In this document: in pieces, positions 12,756 to 28,279 of the stretch | How the letters are laid out: each line of letters opens with the position of its first letter | How positions within the stretch are numbered: position 1 is the stretch's first letter | Assembly: GCF_009914755.1 (NCBI RefSeq) | Contig: NC_060940.1 | From: the human T2T-CHM13v2.0 reference genome, Homo sapiens | DNA length: 64,000 bases | Strand: one strand, 5' to 3' | Notes under the pieces: generated by a model | Told to the model about the DNA's origin: nothing | Seen by the model: the letters and a program-made list of their open reading frames with translations, nothing else | Databases searched by the model: none | Made by a program: the position numbers and the translations under genes

Positions 12756-13879
12756 ATAAGTGGTAATATGGTTTTATGTAAGTCTCATGCCAGCCCACTT
12801 TACAGAGGAGGGAGGAGGCCCACAAGGGTGCCATCCCCAGTCACAAAGCCTGGAGAGAGGAATGTAAGTCGCGAAGCCGCTCCAGAGGATGCTGAACAGT
12901 GTCATGTACGGAGGAGCCTTGCCCCGGCTTTCTGGTCCTGAATAAGGTGTGGACAGTTGGGGCGAGCCACAGAGGGAGTGGGGGCCGGGGGTGGAGGCAG
13001 GAAAAAACCTGCCCCGGGTGTTCAAGGCAGTGCAGGTGAAGCGGCTCATAGCTGGATGCTCAGCCACTCCCCAGCTCAGGGCACGGCTGAGCAAACCCAG
13101 AACCACGGAGAAGGTGCCATGGCCGGAGGGCTGGGGTGATTTGGGGAAACCTGGTACAAAGTGGTGCAGGATTCCAGGGCTCTGAGACTGCAGTTACTGG
13201 GCGCTCCTGCCACCCCCAGAAAGAGCAGGTCTACCTGGGGAGTCCGAGCCGAGGCGCAGGCCGGAGACACCCCAATGAGAGCACGGAACTGGAATCGGGG
13301 TCTTCACCTTCCCGGTGTGTGGACTCCTTGGGCATCTAGTAAGCAAATAAGTTCACAGAATTATGAAGGAAACCCATTTTACCAAAATACAGCTACCACC
13401 CCGTTAGAACATTCTGGTGTAGTGAGCACTGTGCTTTTCATTAAGCCATGATTTAAAGTGGTGAGGCGTGGGAACCGCATTAGGAGACGTGGTGGTGAGT
13501 GGAAGGCGAGGGGGGTCTTTTGTGGAGCCCTGGACCCTCCCAAGGCGTGGCTGCTTGGGGCCCACCAAAGTGGCCCTGGGGCAGCTCTATCGGTGTCAAC
13601 GGCACAGGCGCGGCTGACACCCTGGGGAGGTGCCCACGTTCTTGGTTACAGGAAAGGCTAAATTTTGGTTAGAGACACGACACAATGCCAGATGAAACTC
13701 ATCCAAGTCCACGGATCCCCTGAATTCCAAGGAAAGAACCGCGGTTCCAGCTTCCCTCGAAGGTGTCCCCCGGTCCCGCTCACCACCTCAGCTTCCAGGA
13801 GTCTCCGGTGGGACAGCCGGAACCCCACTGAGGGTCTCGAAGTCACAGGCCCCTGGTTCACACTCAGCATTTCCTGTCT

Positions 13880-13985
13880 GTGCTGGGTACGCTTGGGCAA
13901 ATGTCTTGACCCGTTTCCCCAACTGTAAAGTAAGAAGGTAACAGAGTCAGCTGAATGGGGGTGTGGTGAGGATTTAATAAAACCG
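13880..13985. mobile_element. MIR fragment
   Basis: cttgggcaaatgtcttgacccgtttccccaactgtaaag...gtggtgaggatttaata. Confidence 0.55.
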
Positions 13986-14593
13986 TCCACGTTTGGACTC
14001 TCCTATGGTGCCCGTGAAGGTGGGCAAGCACGGACGGGCAGCTGTGACCCCTGCAAGATCCCTGAGCCGTGAAGGGGCCAGCCCAGGGGGACAGTGGAAT
14101 CCCCACACCGCCTTCTGGCCATGGCCGCCTCCGGGGCAGGCGCGTTGCTGCTAGAAAGCTCTTCCTAAATTGAGCTCAGGTCGGCATCCCTGCAGATGCG
14201 GCCCCTCTCCGGAAGAGTGCTTTGGAAGGGAGAAAGGGCTCTCCCAGCCCCACCGCCGCCCCCTGGAGTCAGCCACAGCCTCCTCCCCCACAGCCTCCTC
14301 CCCCACAGCCCTCCCGCCCCCATGGCAAGAGACCTGCTTCAATTGTGATGTGGCTGCCCCGCCCCTCCTCTTAAACCTTCAGTGGCTGCCCACCTCCCTC
14401 AAGATCAAGGCCAGACCCTGAAGGTGGCTGGGGGCCCCTCCACACTCTGCCCCAACCCTACATCAGAGCCGCTTCTCCTGAGGGTGTTTCCTCATCTCTG
14501 GGCCTTCCCCAGCCCTCCCATCGAAACTTGCCTCACGTGGCGGGCTCCTACCCAGCCCTCAGAGCCCATAGGAAGTGCCCTGTCCTGTCCTGG

Positions 14594-14672
14594 GCTCCAC
14601 ACCCCCTGCACACCTTCCTGGGTTCCACACCCCCTTCACACCTTCCTGGGCTCCATGCCCCCTGCACGCCTC
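14594..14672. repeat. Tandem repeat, 28-bp unit, ~3 copies
   Basis: ctccacaccccctgcacaccttcctggg repeated. Confidence 0.8.
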
Positions 14673-16001
14673 CATCACAGCATTAGCACCTTGGGTTGCA
14701 GTTGCTGTGGGCTGGTTTCCTTGGACCCACAGGAAAGCAGCCCTGGGCGGGAACCTTGCCTGTCTCCAAGGGCTGTGTTCCCGGCACAAGGCGCAGGGCT
14801 CCATGGGTGATGACTGGCTGGCGGAGTTTGGCACACCCACCTCTGGGTCCCCCACACGACACCTGGAACTTCTCTAGGCTGAATTCCACCTCTCTCGCCC
14901 TCAGGACTCCCCTGGGGCTCTGCCCCACACACATCCCAGGGAACACAGAGGAAATGGCCGGTCTCCCCAGCTGCTTCCGAAGAGCAGGATGGGCTGAGAC
15001 TCCAGGCCCGGCCGCCCAGCGCAGCCTTGGGACCCTGGGGCAGCCCCCAAGGCCTAGGGGGCTCAGTGGCCTTTGCCCGGACAGGAGGGCCTTCCCCAGC
15101 TCATCAGCCACCCCAGGCGGGTAGTGGGTGTGGGACAGAGAGCTGACGGCAGTCAGAGGCCACAGCCCCACAGGACCCGCTGTTCCCTTGGCTGGCATCC
15201 TCCTCCCCTCCTGAAGCGCATGGGGCTGAGCCCAGCAGGGTGGAGTCTGAACAGAGACAGGAATTTGAGCATCAGGGCAGCAACAGCGTCGCCCCCGCTT
15301 CCTGAGCACCCTGGACTTGCGGGGGACGCTGGTGACCTGGTGGCATATATTCGGTGTCTGACAGGACTGGAGAGGTTAAGCAATTTCCCAGGTCACCAGC
15401 GGTGGGATTTGGGACTCAGGCTGGGTCTAAGCCAGTCCTCTCCCTGAGGCAGAGAGCCTGCTGTGGCTACACCCACCCAGCTTCCAGGACACGGAGCCCT
15501 CTGCCCACCGTGGTCTCTGCTCCTCCCCAGCGCCCAGGAGGCATCAAGACCCGGCAAGGCTGCCCGTTCTGCAGAACAGGAAACCGAGGCTCCCAGAGGG
15601 GAAAGTCCCAGCCTCCCTGGGGGTCCCAGGGTCCTGGGCTGCTGCACCCCAGCTGCAAAGGGGGAAGCCCCGTCCGGAGGCCACTTTCCCTGTAAGGAGC
15701 CCAGGCGGGGTGAGGGCTGCGACGTGCCGGTGCCGCCCCGGTTTCCCTCTGACTCAGGCTGAGGCGGCTGCCCCTGTGCTGGTGCCATGTCTAGTCCGCA
15801 GGCCCCACACCGGTGACCTGCCCTCATCTCATCTCCTGTGAGTCCGCGAGTCCACGGCTCTGCCGACGGGGGGTGGTGTGTGTGCAGCAGAAGGAATGAA
15901 CGAGGGAACCCCTGCCCTGTGCTCTTCCTCTCCTCCCCTCCGTCCTGCCTGGGTGTTCACAGCAGCTTAAGAGGGAAGAACGTGGCCCTGGCCTACCCAC
16001 C

Positions 16002-16029
16002 AATGTTCTAGAACATTCTGGAACATTCT
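16002..16029. promoter_or_regulatory. Heat-shock element (HSF site), 5 perfect alternating nGAAn units
   Basis: TTC-ta-GAA-ca-TTC-tg-GAA-ca-TTC at 16006-16028. It includes the perfect palindrome AATGTTCTAGAACATT at 16002-16017. Confidence 0.7.
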
Positions 16030-16501
16030 GTTCTCAGCCCGGAGCCTGGGAACTGGGTAAACCTGGGCCATCGAGCGGCATCCAACATGAGGAAAATACC
16101 AAGAGGCTGGTGTGTGGTTCTGTGTGTGTGGCGCGTGGCGCGTGGTGCGTGGGGAGAGGCAGCCGCCCGCCCTCCAGAGCCAGGGTGCCACCTCCTGCGT
16201 CATAGACACCTCCCCCAAGCAGTGCCAAGCTCCTGCCTCCCACCAGTGGCTACTTCGGGCTGCAGTGGGGCCTGGGGCCACGGAAGACCCAGCTAGGTCT
16301 GGCCAAGAGGCCCAAGGATATTCCAGGCACCCGGAAGGATCCGGAAGGATCTGGGAGTCTTGGGTTAAGAACCATGCAGCCTGACCTGCTCCAAACGTGG
16401 ACTTCGTCCCTGAAGAGGCTGCAGGACCCTAACCATTCGCGTCCTGGGCGATTGTGAGTGTGATGGACGATCACAGCACTGTTATTGTATCTTAGAGCTG
16501 A

Positions 16502-16853
<352 letters not shown>

Positions 16854-17037
16854 TCATGGCTTTTTAATAGTTAGGTTTCTATTGACCTTGTTTTCAGACA
16901 CACACAAGCTTAGAGGATATAACACAGGCTTGTGGATCAAGCACTCTGCTTCACTGAACTTGAAACATTTTAAACATCAGATTCTTTTAAGGCGCCTTTG
17001 GGTGCCCTGGCCTAAAACACCCTTCCCACTCTGCCCG

Positions 17038-17219
17038 TGTTCAGTCCTGACTCCAGACACCGCGGAAAGTGAGAGGGGTCGGGCAGGGGAGTCCAGGGGT
17101 TCTCAGAGCGCAGTCCCTGACCCTGCGCCCATGTTCAGTCCCGACTCCAGACACCGAGGAAAGTGAGAGGGGTCTGGGAGGGGAGTCCGAGGGTTCTCAG
17201 AGCGCAGTCCCTGACCCTG
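17038..17219. repeat. Tandem duplication, ~94-bp unit, 2 copies
   Basis: tgttcagtcc.gactccagacaccg.ggaaagtgagaggggtc...gttctcagagcgcagtccctgaccctg occurs at 17038 and 17132. Confidence 0.9.
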
Positions 17220-18464
17220 GGAGCTTGTCAGAAATCCTCACCCACCCAGGATCTGTGCGTGGGGCACCTGGGGCTGTCCTGGGTCTGCTCCGATTGTCCC
17301 CGAGGGGATCTGGAGGGACGAGGTTGCCCCGGGGTCTGCTTGGGGACAGGGTGAGCCAGCACTGTGACTCTGTCATTGCAACGGTTGTCTCTCCCCATGG
17401 GTGGGTGGAGGGACTTCCCTGAGGCTCTGGGACCTCCCTGGCAGTTCCAGCCACCTGAGCTCGGAGCACATGTCTGTGGTGCTTGGCGTGGGGGTGGGTC
17501 CAGGGTCCAGCCCCTTCCTGGCTGTCGCCTGCAGGCCTGACCCGGCTAAGGGGGTCCAACCTGGCCTTATCCGTCTAAGGGGGTCCAACCTGGCCGGCCC
17601 GAGAGGGTAGGGCTTCTTGGGAGAAAGCTGAAGGTCATGGAGGAGAAATGGGGGCAGGGAAGACCGTCAGGCTGAAACCCCACATCGGGCAGCTCAGAGG
17701 TGGGGGCAGGGAAGACCACCAAGCTGAGTCCCCCCATCAGGCAGCTCAGGGGAGGGGGCTCCATGCTGGGCCCCTGAGCCGCCTCCTGCTGTCACAGCAT
17801 GAGGTTTATCATTCAGCACCCAGGCAAGCTGGCCCTGCAGGCAGGGGTCCGGCCTCCAACCGCCTTCCGGCTGCCCCACCATGTCCAGGGACCTGCTTCA
17901 GCCCTCCAGTCGTGCTTCCTTTCTTCCCTCTGCTCACTCGGCTCCTCCTGGAAGTTCCTTCTCGCTAGCCCCCAGGGGGTTTGGATGCTGGACCCTGGGG
18001 AAGGGGCCTTGGGGTCTGTAGCAGGGCATCTGAGGGTCCTGGGACACCCAGAAACCCCAGGAAGGCTGTGGGTGACTCAGCAAACCCACAAGCCGGGGGG
18101 TCTCTCAGGCATGTGCTGCAGGGGGGGTATGATGTGGGGTCTGCTCTGAGTGAGGGTCTCGGCCCTTGTCTGCTCCTTGTCCCCCTGTCCCAGCCACAGC
18201 CCGCTCCACTCCCAACTCTGCCCACGGCTCACCCCGGGCCTCTCAGACCCTCGCCTCTGGGACCCCCTTGTGAAGATCCGCCTGCCCCCCTACAGCCCCA
18301 CAGCCCCCATCCTGCTTTGCAGCCCCCTCCCTGCTTTGCTTGTCTTGAATAGCAGGTGGCACTCTCTGATGTGCTGAACGTTGTTTACTGCCTGTCTCTC
18401 CCGCTAGGTCAGCTCCAGGGAGATGAGCTTTTTCTTTTTCTTTTTCTTTTTTTTTTTTTTGTTT

Positions 18465-19410
<946 letters not shown>

Positions 19411-19700
19411 TGTCAGCTGCATTTCCTGCTGTAGCCCCAGAGTCCAAACAGCACACGGCAAATGGACACTCAGCAAATCCTGAATTAATACATGAAGAAA
19501 GAGGCAGGGCGGCCAGAACAATACACCACGCACAGGGGCTTTGGTGGCAGAAACCAGCTTTCGCACAGTTCTGGAGGCTGGAGGTCGAGACCAAGTTGTT
19601 GATGAGCTTGGCTTCTTCCAGGCCTGTGTCCTTGTCTTTGCTGACAGCTGCCTCCGTGCGTGGCCTTGTCCACGTGCACGCACCCTTGGCGGCTCTGTAA

Positions 19701-20232
<532 letters not shown>

Positions 20233-20413
20233 GTAAGTCCAAGCTTCCTCCTCTTATAAGGACACCTGTTGGACTGGGTTAGGGCTCCACTCTGATGGCC
20301 TCTGTTTAACTTAATTATCTATTTAAAGGCCCTGATTCCAAATACAGTCCCATTCTGAGGTCCCATCCGGACTTCCACATGGGAATCTGTGGGGCAGAAT
20401 TGACCCCATCACA

Positions 20414-20557
20414 AGGTTCCTCCTGGAGCCTTCAGAGGGGGTGGCCCTGCCGACACCTTGATTCAGACTGTGGACCCCAGAGATGCGAGAACGTGTTTCT
20501 GTGGTTTCAAGCCCTGGGCTATGGGCCTTTGCGTGCAGGGCCACAGGGGCGCAAACC
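20414..20557 (+). mobile_element. MLT1 LTR 3' fragment
   Basis: ctggagccttcagagggggtggccctgccgacaccttgattcagact...tttctgtggtttcaagcc. Confidence 0.65.
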
Positions 20558-22153
20558 CGCTCTTATCCTCCGGTCCCATATTGCAGATGGGAAGCCAGGG
20601 GTCAGCACTGGGTGATGGTCCCACTCCACGACGGGAGCTCCCAGCAGTCTCCTTCCCACCCACTCGGCTCCACGCAGGGCAACGGGAGCTCCTGGCTCCC
20701 AGCAATCCCCTTCCCACCCACTCAGTGTCTCGTGCATGGCACACACGTGTCCTGCGGGCCCGCTGGGAGCTGGCTGCTGGTCCCTGTACGAGGCTGGGGG
20801 TCTGACCTCACCACCAGGGACAGACAGCAAAGCAGACCATGAGACAGGGGAGCAAAGCCGTGCGGTGGGAGGGGTGAGGCGTGCGGCATGACTGCAGGGC
20901 GGGGAGGGCCTCAAGGGGAGAGGCAACTCGGGGCAGCCCGCATGGCCCAGGCGTGGGTCAAGCTCTGGGAGGCACGCTCCCCGCAGGACCAGCCGCACGT
21001 GCAAAGCTCCTCCTGCCCCCAGCCCCGGCCAGCATCTCGGAGCCACTGCGGATTCAGTCGTGGGGTCCCTGGAAGGCAAGGCCTTCCCTAATCTGGGCAC
21101 CGGGGCCTCCCAGGTGGCGACGACAGACTCCCAGGCTGGCTTGAGGCAAAAACACGGCGCGCTGGGACGTATTTGGATGTAAATGTTTTCAGCACAGAGC
21201 AGCTGGGAGATGCGGCCTCCGTGGGAGCTGGGAGCCGGGGCCATATGGCCCCTCTCCCGCCTGTACTGCCTTCGAGCGGGGGCGCTGCCTGGTGGGGCCC
21301 CCAGGGGTGTCTGCGGGGGTCGGACTTGAGTCCTGCCGGCCCCTCGCTGGCTGCTGCCCGCCCTGCCATCTGTCAGGTGGGGCGAGACCGTGCCAGCTGC
21401 CCTGGCCCTGAGGAGGCCTTGAGGGCATCTGAGGGGCTTGGGCCTGGCGCCAGCCCGATGGGTGTGTGCATCTGCAGCCTTGGCAGCATCTGGTAACTTC
21501 CCTCTTCCCACTCTTGGCCCTATCCCTGGTTGGGGAAGAGCCAGGTGCTCACCTGCGGCCCTGCATGGTAAACCAGACGGCGGCTCACAGGGTCATCTTG
21601 GCAGGGGACCCTCTGGCCACACAGAAGACTCGGAATTCCTGGCTCTTCTCTCCCAGCCCACGGCGGCTCCTTCCAGAGACCCTGAGAGACCCCTGGCACC
21701 CTGGGAGATGGGAGCAGAGCTGGGATCTGTCCTGGACGCAAGGGATGCCTCCCCTCTAGAACAAGCACTGGCTCCCCATGTCCCATCAGCTGAAGGCTAC
21801 ATCAGGTTCAGCCCTCACAGCCCTGAGCGAGCTGCCCTCCTGTGCCCTCTCCACAGCTGGGGCTTCCCGGTGGTTCCATACGGAAGCCCCTCCCTCACAA
21901 CCCACCACCCCCAGCTCCAGTCACCCGTCCTCAGTCATGGTAGTGGGTGATTTGGGCTGTGAGGCCCTGGGGGGTGGCCCAGTGCAGCAGCGGCAGACGG
22001 GGCACTGTGGGGGGCTCCACGGGGGTGCTGCTGGGCCCTCTCCAGCTTCAAATGGAAAAACACAGGCCTGCGTGGGGCCCGTCCTGAGGTTCTGGACTGG
22101 GTGTGTCAGTCAGTGACGTCATCAGGGACCCTGGCCCGCTCCCTCTCATGCCT

Positions 22154-22265
22154 TGTCGTGGCCTCTGCCAGGCCCGCTGTCATCCGGCCTGTCGTGGCCT
22201 CTGCCCGGCCTGCTGTCATCCGGCTTGTCGTGGCCTCTGCCCGGCCTGCTGTTGTCCGACCTGTT
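22154..22265. repeat. Tandem repeat, 36-bp unit, 3 copies
   Basis: tgtcgtggcctctgcc.ggcc.gctgtcatccggc repeated. A full CRE TGACGTCA lies just upstream at 22114-22121. Confidence 0.88.
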
Positions 22266-23150
22266 GCCTCATGGTTCCCAGATGGGTGCTGCAGCTCCAA
22301 GAGTCACAGCTTCTGACCACTGCGTTCAGGGAAGGAAGAGAAAGAGCCAGGGAGGAAAATCTCTTCCAGAAACCTCATGCAGTTCTCCCCTTTCAGCTGA
22401 CTGGCTAAGCCGGGTCTCACAGCCGTGTCTGGCTGCCAGGGAGCTGGGAAAGTTCTGTGGGGTCCCTGCCTTTCGGGGGGATAAAGGCAAGGGCTCAGAG
22501 GGAACAGAGTTAGCCGTGGCCATGGAAGGAAGAGCAGAGCTTCCTCCAGGCTGAGTGGGGCCGGAACACTGCTGGGCCCAGCTCTAGTCGGTGGGAGGCT
22601 GTGTGCTGTGTTGGGGAGCGGATTTGGCACCTGAGTGTGTGCCTCAGTGACAGTACCTGTGCTCTGGGGCTCAGGATGGGGTGACAGGACAGCACCACCC
22701 CAGGTGTGGACAGCAGGCTTAGACTGGTGATGAGGGGGCTTGTCCTGGGGAGGGCCTCAGGCAGCTCTGTTAGACCCAAAGTAGGAGAGCTTCTTGCAAC
22801 GGAGGCCTGGAGCAAATTCACGCCTGCAGAGCGGAGGAGCCCTCCTCTTCCCAGGTGGAACCCCATGTGTACCTCTTCTCCGAGGAGGCTCCTTGGGGAG
22901 CTGTGTGGATCCTTCCCACTTTCCCTCCACCTGGGGCTGCCTCTCTCCCCTGCCTAGCTTCGAGGGATGGGGATGGTGGCTGGCTGGGAGCCCTGTGTCC
23001 CCTCACTATGATGGGGACCCTCAGCTGTACCCGCCTGAGGGCTGCAGCCGACTCATGGTGCCCCTTGCCTGGCTGTTCCGAGGAGTCCGGAAGAGGCTCA
23101 CTTCTACATTTGCCCTGAAAATCTCAATTTTTGCTTTAAAATGCAGCAGC

Positions 23151-23449
<299 letters not shown>

Positions 23450-23509
23450 AAAATGCAGCAGCCCTGGTCCCCTTAGGAACCCTTTCCTCCACAAATACCC
23501 CTGTTTACC

Positions 23510-23615
23510 TGAACACAAGGCTGGGGGCTGTGTTTCTTTTGTGTCCCCAGTGCCTAGACTCGTACCAGGCACACAGTAGGTGCTTTGTACGTGTTTGTAG
23601 AAGGAACGAATGAAC
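23510..23615 (+). mobile_element. L2 3'-end fragment
   Basis: gtgtccccagtgcctagactcgtaccaggcacacagtaggtgct...gaacgaatgaa matches the L2 terminus. Confidence 0.7.
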
Positions 23616-25264
23616 AGTGCCCCTGTGATGGGCCCAGGGAGCCCAACGTGACCCACACAGCACATGCCTGATCACACGTGGGCGCTGGGGGGCGTGTTAT
23701 GTGTCTGCTTGTTTGTAAATGTGAGTCTTTTCTTTCCAGACAGACTGGAGCCCGAGGGTAGGAATTTGTTTTTCCAAGACTCCAGACTCCAGCCCATGAC
23801 AAAAGCCAAACACACAGCTGGCGACCCGCGGGCCCGGAGCTGCCTGGTGACTGGGATACCCCAGGCTGCCCAAACAACTGGGTACCCTGGAACGTGGCGG
23901 CCTCGTGGATTCTGGAGGCCGAGGCCTCCGCATCCTGGTGAGGTACATGGCTTCTCTCTGGGCCTGCTGTGTCTGTGATGTGGGGCTCCCTGACCGCCTG
24001 GGCCTCAGTTTCCCCACCATCCTACAGGGATAACGGGGTATAGTGAGAGAAAGTCAGTTGTTCTCTGCAGAAAGCACCCCGGGCCGGGAGTGCTGGGGGC
24101 GGGCTGGGACTCTGCTGCTGACGGCTGGGCGACCGTGGGGACGTCTTCCTGGGCCACCTCCGCATCCCACCCCCGGGGTCATCGCCTCTACAGGGTGGGG
24201 CTGGGGCTCTGAGTCTGCAGACAACTCCACATCCGGCAGCCCATCTCTGTGCCTGGGAACTTCCCCCAGTCTGCCCAAGGTGGCCCGAGAGATACTGGGC
24301 AGGGGGCTGGGAGCGTTCCTGCTGTGACAGAGGCAGTTACCCGGCCTGCTTGGCCTTCCTCTGAGTTTATCTCCCATAGCCCAGCCAGCCGCCTCCTTAT
24401 CACGGCCACGGTGAACTGGGGGCAGGGGTCACAGCGTCAGGCGCCCCTTCAAGAGGCTTCTACCCAAATCCCCAGCCACCCCGAGGTACTCCTTCCCCAG
24501 GGGCACCTGGAGTGTCTCCCATCAGCTGCCTGGGTGGGCTCCCAGCCCCCCATCAGCTGCCTGGGTGGGCTCCCAGCCCCAAGCGCGAGAGCCCTGTTCC
24601 CTCGGCTGCCTGCGGCTTCCCCCACCCCCACCGCCCAGGGCTGTTTTGCTCTCACACCTGTGCTCTGAGTCTCTGAGTCGGTTCACATCAGCCCTCGAAT
24701 CTAACCGAATCCAAAAATATGAAGCCGGGGCCCATCTGTCGGCCAACTGATGAGCGCAAATGAGCTCTGGATTTCAGACGAGGCCGGCAGCCGGTCAGGG
24801 ATGTTAGGAGCGGCACCTGCTGCCCAGCTTCCCTGTCCCCCTCTCGTTCCTCAGCCCCTCCCAGCCCCAAGATCCTCTGGAGGGGCTGGCTCCTGCTCCA
24901 CCAAGTGGGAGGAGTGTCCTGGGGCCTCCACAAGAGCCAGGCCCACCAGCTGGGACCCTTTGCTGTGAGCCTGTGCTCAGAGCCCAGCCCCGGGCTGCAG
25001 CTGGGCAGGAGCTGGGTCCGCTCTGGGTGGAGACACTGGCAGCACTGCGGCTGCCTCACAGCCTCAGCACTTGCTTCCCCCTGCCGGGAGCACCATCCCC
25101 AGGGGCCCCAGGACTCCTTCCCCTCCATCCCAACACGTGGTTGGGACTAAACAATATGTTTGCAACTTGTTTTGGGGTTCACATGAGGGTTCCATCTGCT
25201 TCATGTAACGGATGCCCTTACTGCTCTTATGTCCAGAGGGGGTGGAGAGGAAACAAAGCAGATG

Positions 25265-25620
25265 CCCCTCCCTCCTTCCTCCCTCCCTCTTCCCTCCCTC
25301 CTCCTCCCTCCTTCCTGCCTCCTCCCTTCCTCCCTCCCTCCTTCCTCCCCCCTCCTCTCTCCTCCCTCCTCCCTCCCTCTTCCCTCCTCCTTTCCCCTTC
25401 TTCTCTTCCTCTCTCTCCCCTCCTCCCTCCCTTCCTCCTCCTTCCTCTTTCCTCCTCCCTCCCCCCTCCTCTCCCTCCCTCTCCCCTCCTCCCTCCTCCC
25501 TCTTCCCTCCCCCTTCTTCTCCCCCTCCCTCCTCTCTCTTCCCTCCTCCTTCCTCCTCCTCCCTCCTCCCTTCTTCCCCTCCCTTTCTCCTCCCTCCCTT
25601 TTTTTCTCCTTCTTCCCTTC
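25265..25620. repeat. Polypyrimidine (CCT/CCCT-rich) low-complexity tract
   Basis: ~355 bp almost exclusively C/T. Confidence 0.95.
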
Positions 25621-27119
25621 TGTGAGAGCCAGAACCAGGGGCCCAGTGAGGAGGCTGTGGTTTTGGAGTCTGAGGTTGGGGCTGGACAGGGGAGGTATGG
25701 CTGGCAGCTGGGAGGAGCTGGAATCTGGCTGTAGCTGGGGAAGAAGCAACAGGACCGTCCGGCAGATGAGAAAACTGAGGTTACCTGGAGTTGGTCGGCC
25801 CTGCCCCTGCCCCATAACGTGCCCCCCAGGCACCTGTGCACGAGGCTTCTCTGTGGTCAGCACCTGTTCAGCTCCAGGGATGGCCGAGGGAGCCCCAGGA
25901 CCAGGAGTCTTGGTGGTTCAGGAGGAACTGGGCCTGTCCAGAGTCCTGGGGTCCGAGAGCACGGATGCTGAGGCAGGTTCAGCCCTTGCTGGACAGGTCG
26001 GAGACCTGCTTCCAGGCCAGCGAAGCCCAGGGGGCCTGTCTACCACCCACCTCCCTCAGCTCCTGTCCTGGGCGTTTTGCTTTGGTACCAGGACCGGGCG
26101 GTGGCATGGGCTCCACTCCCTTCTCCCATGGGACGGATGAAGCCACTGAGAGCCAGGGTCTCCCAGGCAGGAAAAGGCAGCACCAGAATTGGAACCCAGT
26201 GCCCCCTCAGTGCCAGGCATCCATGACCCCAGTCCCCAAGTGGCTGAGCCGTGGGACCCAGATGAGACCTCCCTGCGGCAATTGGGGCCCCGAGCTGGGC
26301 GGCCCTAAGGCCACAGTCAGGCTCTCACAAGCGGCTTGGGGCAAGGGCTCCCCCAACAGCAAGCCAGGTTTGGGGCCTGGCTGGGGATCCCTGGCTGTCC
26401 CCAATCCTCGCAAGCCTGTTTGCCCATCCCTCAAATGGGGATCAGGAGAAGCCAGTTCTCCTAGTGTTTGCATTGAAATCTGCCCAGGTCTGTGGCTTGC
26501 GAGCCTTTCTGAGCACAATCTACAGTGAGGAAGGCATTTTATCTCCTCACAATATTCACGTGCTCTTGTGTGTTCTGCAAATGACACAGCAATGCCACTT
26601 AGACGCACGAGAGTCTATGTGATTTCTGTGTGCGTGAATGTGGGATCTGTTCACGCTCACACGTGGCGGACAGCAGCCCTTCCCCTTCCCCTTCCCCTTG
26701 GAGAAGTGCCGTGGCTTCCATTTTATTTACTGTAGCATTTCTTTTACCTTTGCACTGTGAAGTGCACACGCCCTTGGGGCAGCAGGAAACAGAGCAGGTG
26801 GGACGCCCTGAGCCCCTGCATCCTCCACGGCTGCCCCAGGAGGTGGCTTCAGCCCCAGCACGAGCTGCGATCACATCCCTGCTTTCTCCGTCGTTTTAGG
26901 CCTCTGTGCGTGTCCCTTCCTCAGCACAGCGTCGCCTGCCTGTGGCCGGGACCCGACGTCTTTCTCGCCTCCTTGCCTCTGAGTTCTGTTTCGTGTGGGG
27001 GGTGAGTCTCAGGCTCCCACGTTCCTGCCGCACAGCATTGCTGGAGGAGACATCTCCTCGCTTCATTTGTCTGTCCCGCCAGGCTGCTGTGGGACGTTCA
27101 CAGTCACAAACTGCAGCGT

Positions 27120-27780
27120 CATAGGAAACGTACCTTTGGCCTCTGCCCCAGTTCCTGGCATGGAGCTCCTAACCCTTAGCCTTTCCGGGATGCCAGGAGC
27201 ATCCTTTGTTCTACTGAGGTACCCATGGGGGCTCCTGGATGGGGGCTGCACATCAGAGAGCCCCCCCTAGGATTAGAAGCCTAGAACTCTCAGCCCCAGC
27301 CCCTGGGAAGAAGAGGGCTGGGACGCTGAGGTCATCAGGGGTCATGCTTATGTGATGAAGCCTCAAAAGAAATCCCTAAAAGACAAAAGACAGGACTTGG
27401 GAGCATCCAGGGTGGAAACACATCAGTGCCGTGAGGGCAGCCACCCCCACTCAGTGGGGACAGGGCTCCTGCGCTCTGGAAGCTTCCGGACCCCACCCTA
27501 CGGACCCCGTCCTGCGAGTCCTTTGTAACATCCTCTATAATAAACCAGCATGTGTAAGTGTTTCTGAGTCCTGTGAGCTGGCCTAGCACACACCAGACCG
27601 GGGCTCAGGGCTCACAGGAGTCTGGGTTTACAGCTGGTCAGTGAGAAGCACAGGTGGCCTGACCCAGAGACTGGCGCTGAAGTGGGGGCAGCTGCAGGAC
27701 AGCCCTGGGCTCCCCGGGTCTGCGGTGACTCAATGTAATCAGGCTAAATCGTAGGGTTCCCCACGGTCATCCACAGAGAG
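27120..27780 (+). mobile_element. MER21-like LTR
   Basis: tctgccccagttcctggcatggagctcctaaccctt...catgcttatgtgatgaagcctc...ctataataaaccagc..gtaagtgtttctgagtcctgtgagc...ggtcagtgagaagcacagg. Confidence 0.7.
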
Positions 27781-28279
27781 CTGGAGACTGGCTCTGTGTG
27801 GAAAGCTCCCACGTCCAGGGCCCCGGAATGAGTGGCTGTCTGAGAAAGGAGCTTGTTTCCCTCTTCCCAGACCCAGTGCCCGGCATCCAGGCACACACAG
27901 TCTCTCTGGGGTACACGGGCACCTCGTCCTGGGGCCTGTGCCTCTCAGCACCCACACTTTCCATTTTATTCTGTCTCACTAAAAAAGGCTGCTCACGATC
28001 CGCTAAATGGGTTCGCGTCCCCTGCAGGGACCGGCCACTCCCGCAGCCTGACAAAGGCTGGCCTACAGGTGCCGGGAGGGCTGAGGGGTGGCCCTCGGGC
28101 ACAGGGTGACACTGCAGCCTTGGAGGTCCCTGGGACCCCAGCCCCATCCTGCTCACCCAGCCTCTCACCCCTTTTAGCCATCAACGAAAGGGGCAGCCCC
28201 TGGCGTGGAGCGGGGGGGCCTCTGGGACCCTGTGCCATCCCCTGGTGACAGCTGGAGTCTGCTCTGGTGGCTGGTGTGG

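Noticed and set aside
10950-12834. 600-aa His/Pro-rich ORFs
   Set aside because: Translations of the (CCAT/CCAC)n strand, which lacks stop codons by composition; several frames are open at once.
13330-13750. Possible hAT/Charlie DNA-transposon remnant
   Set aside because: Resemblance too weak to call without a Dfam search.
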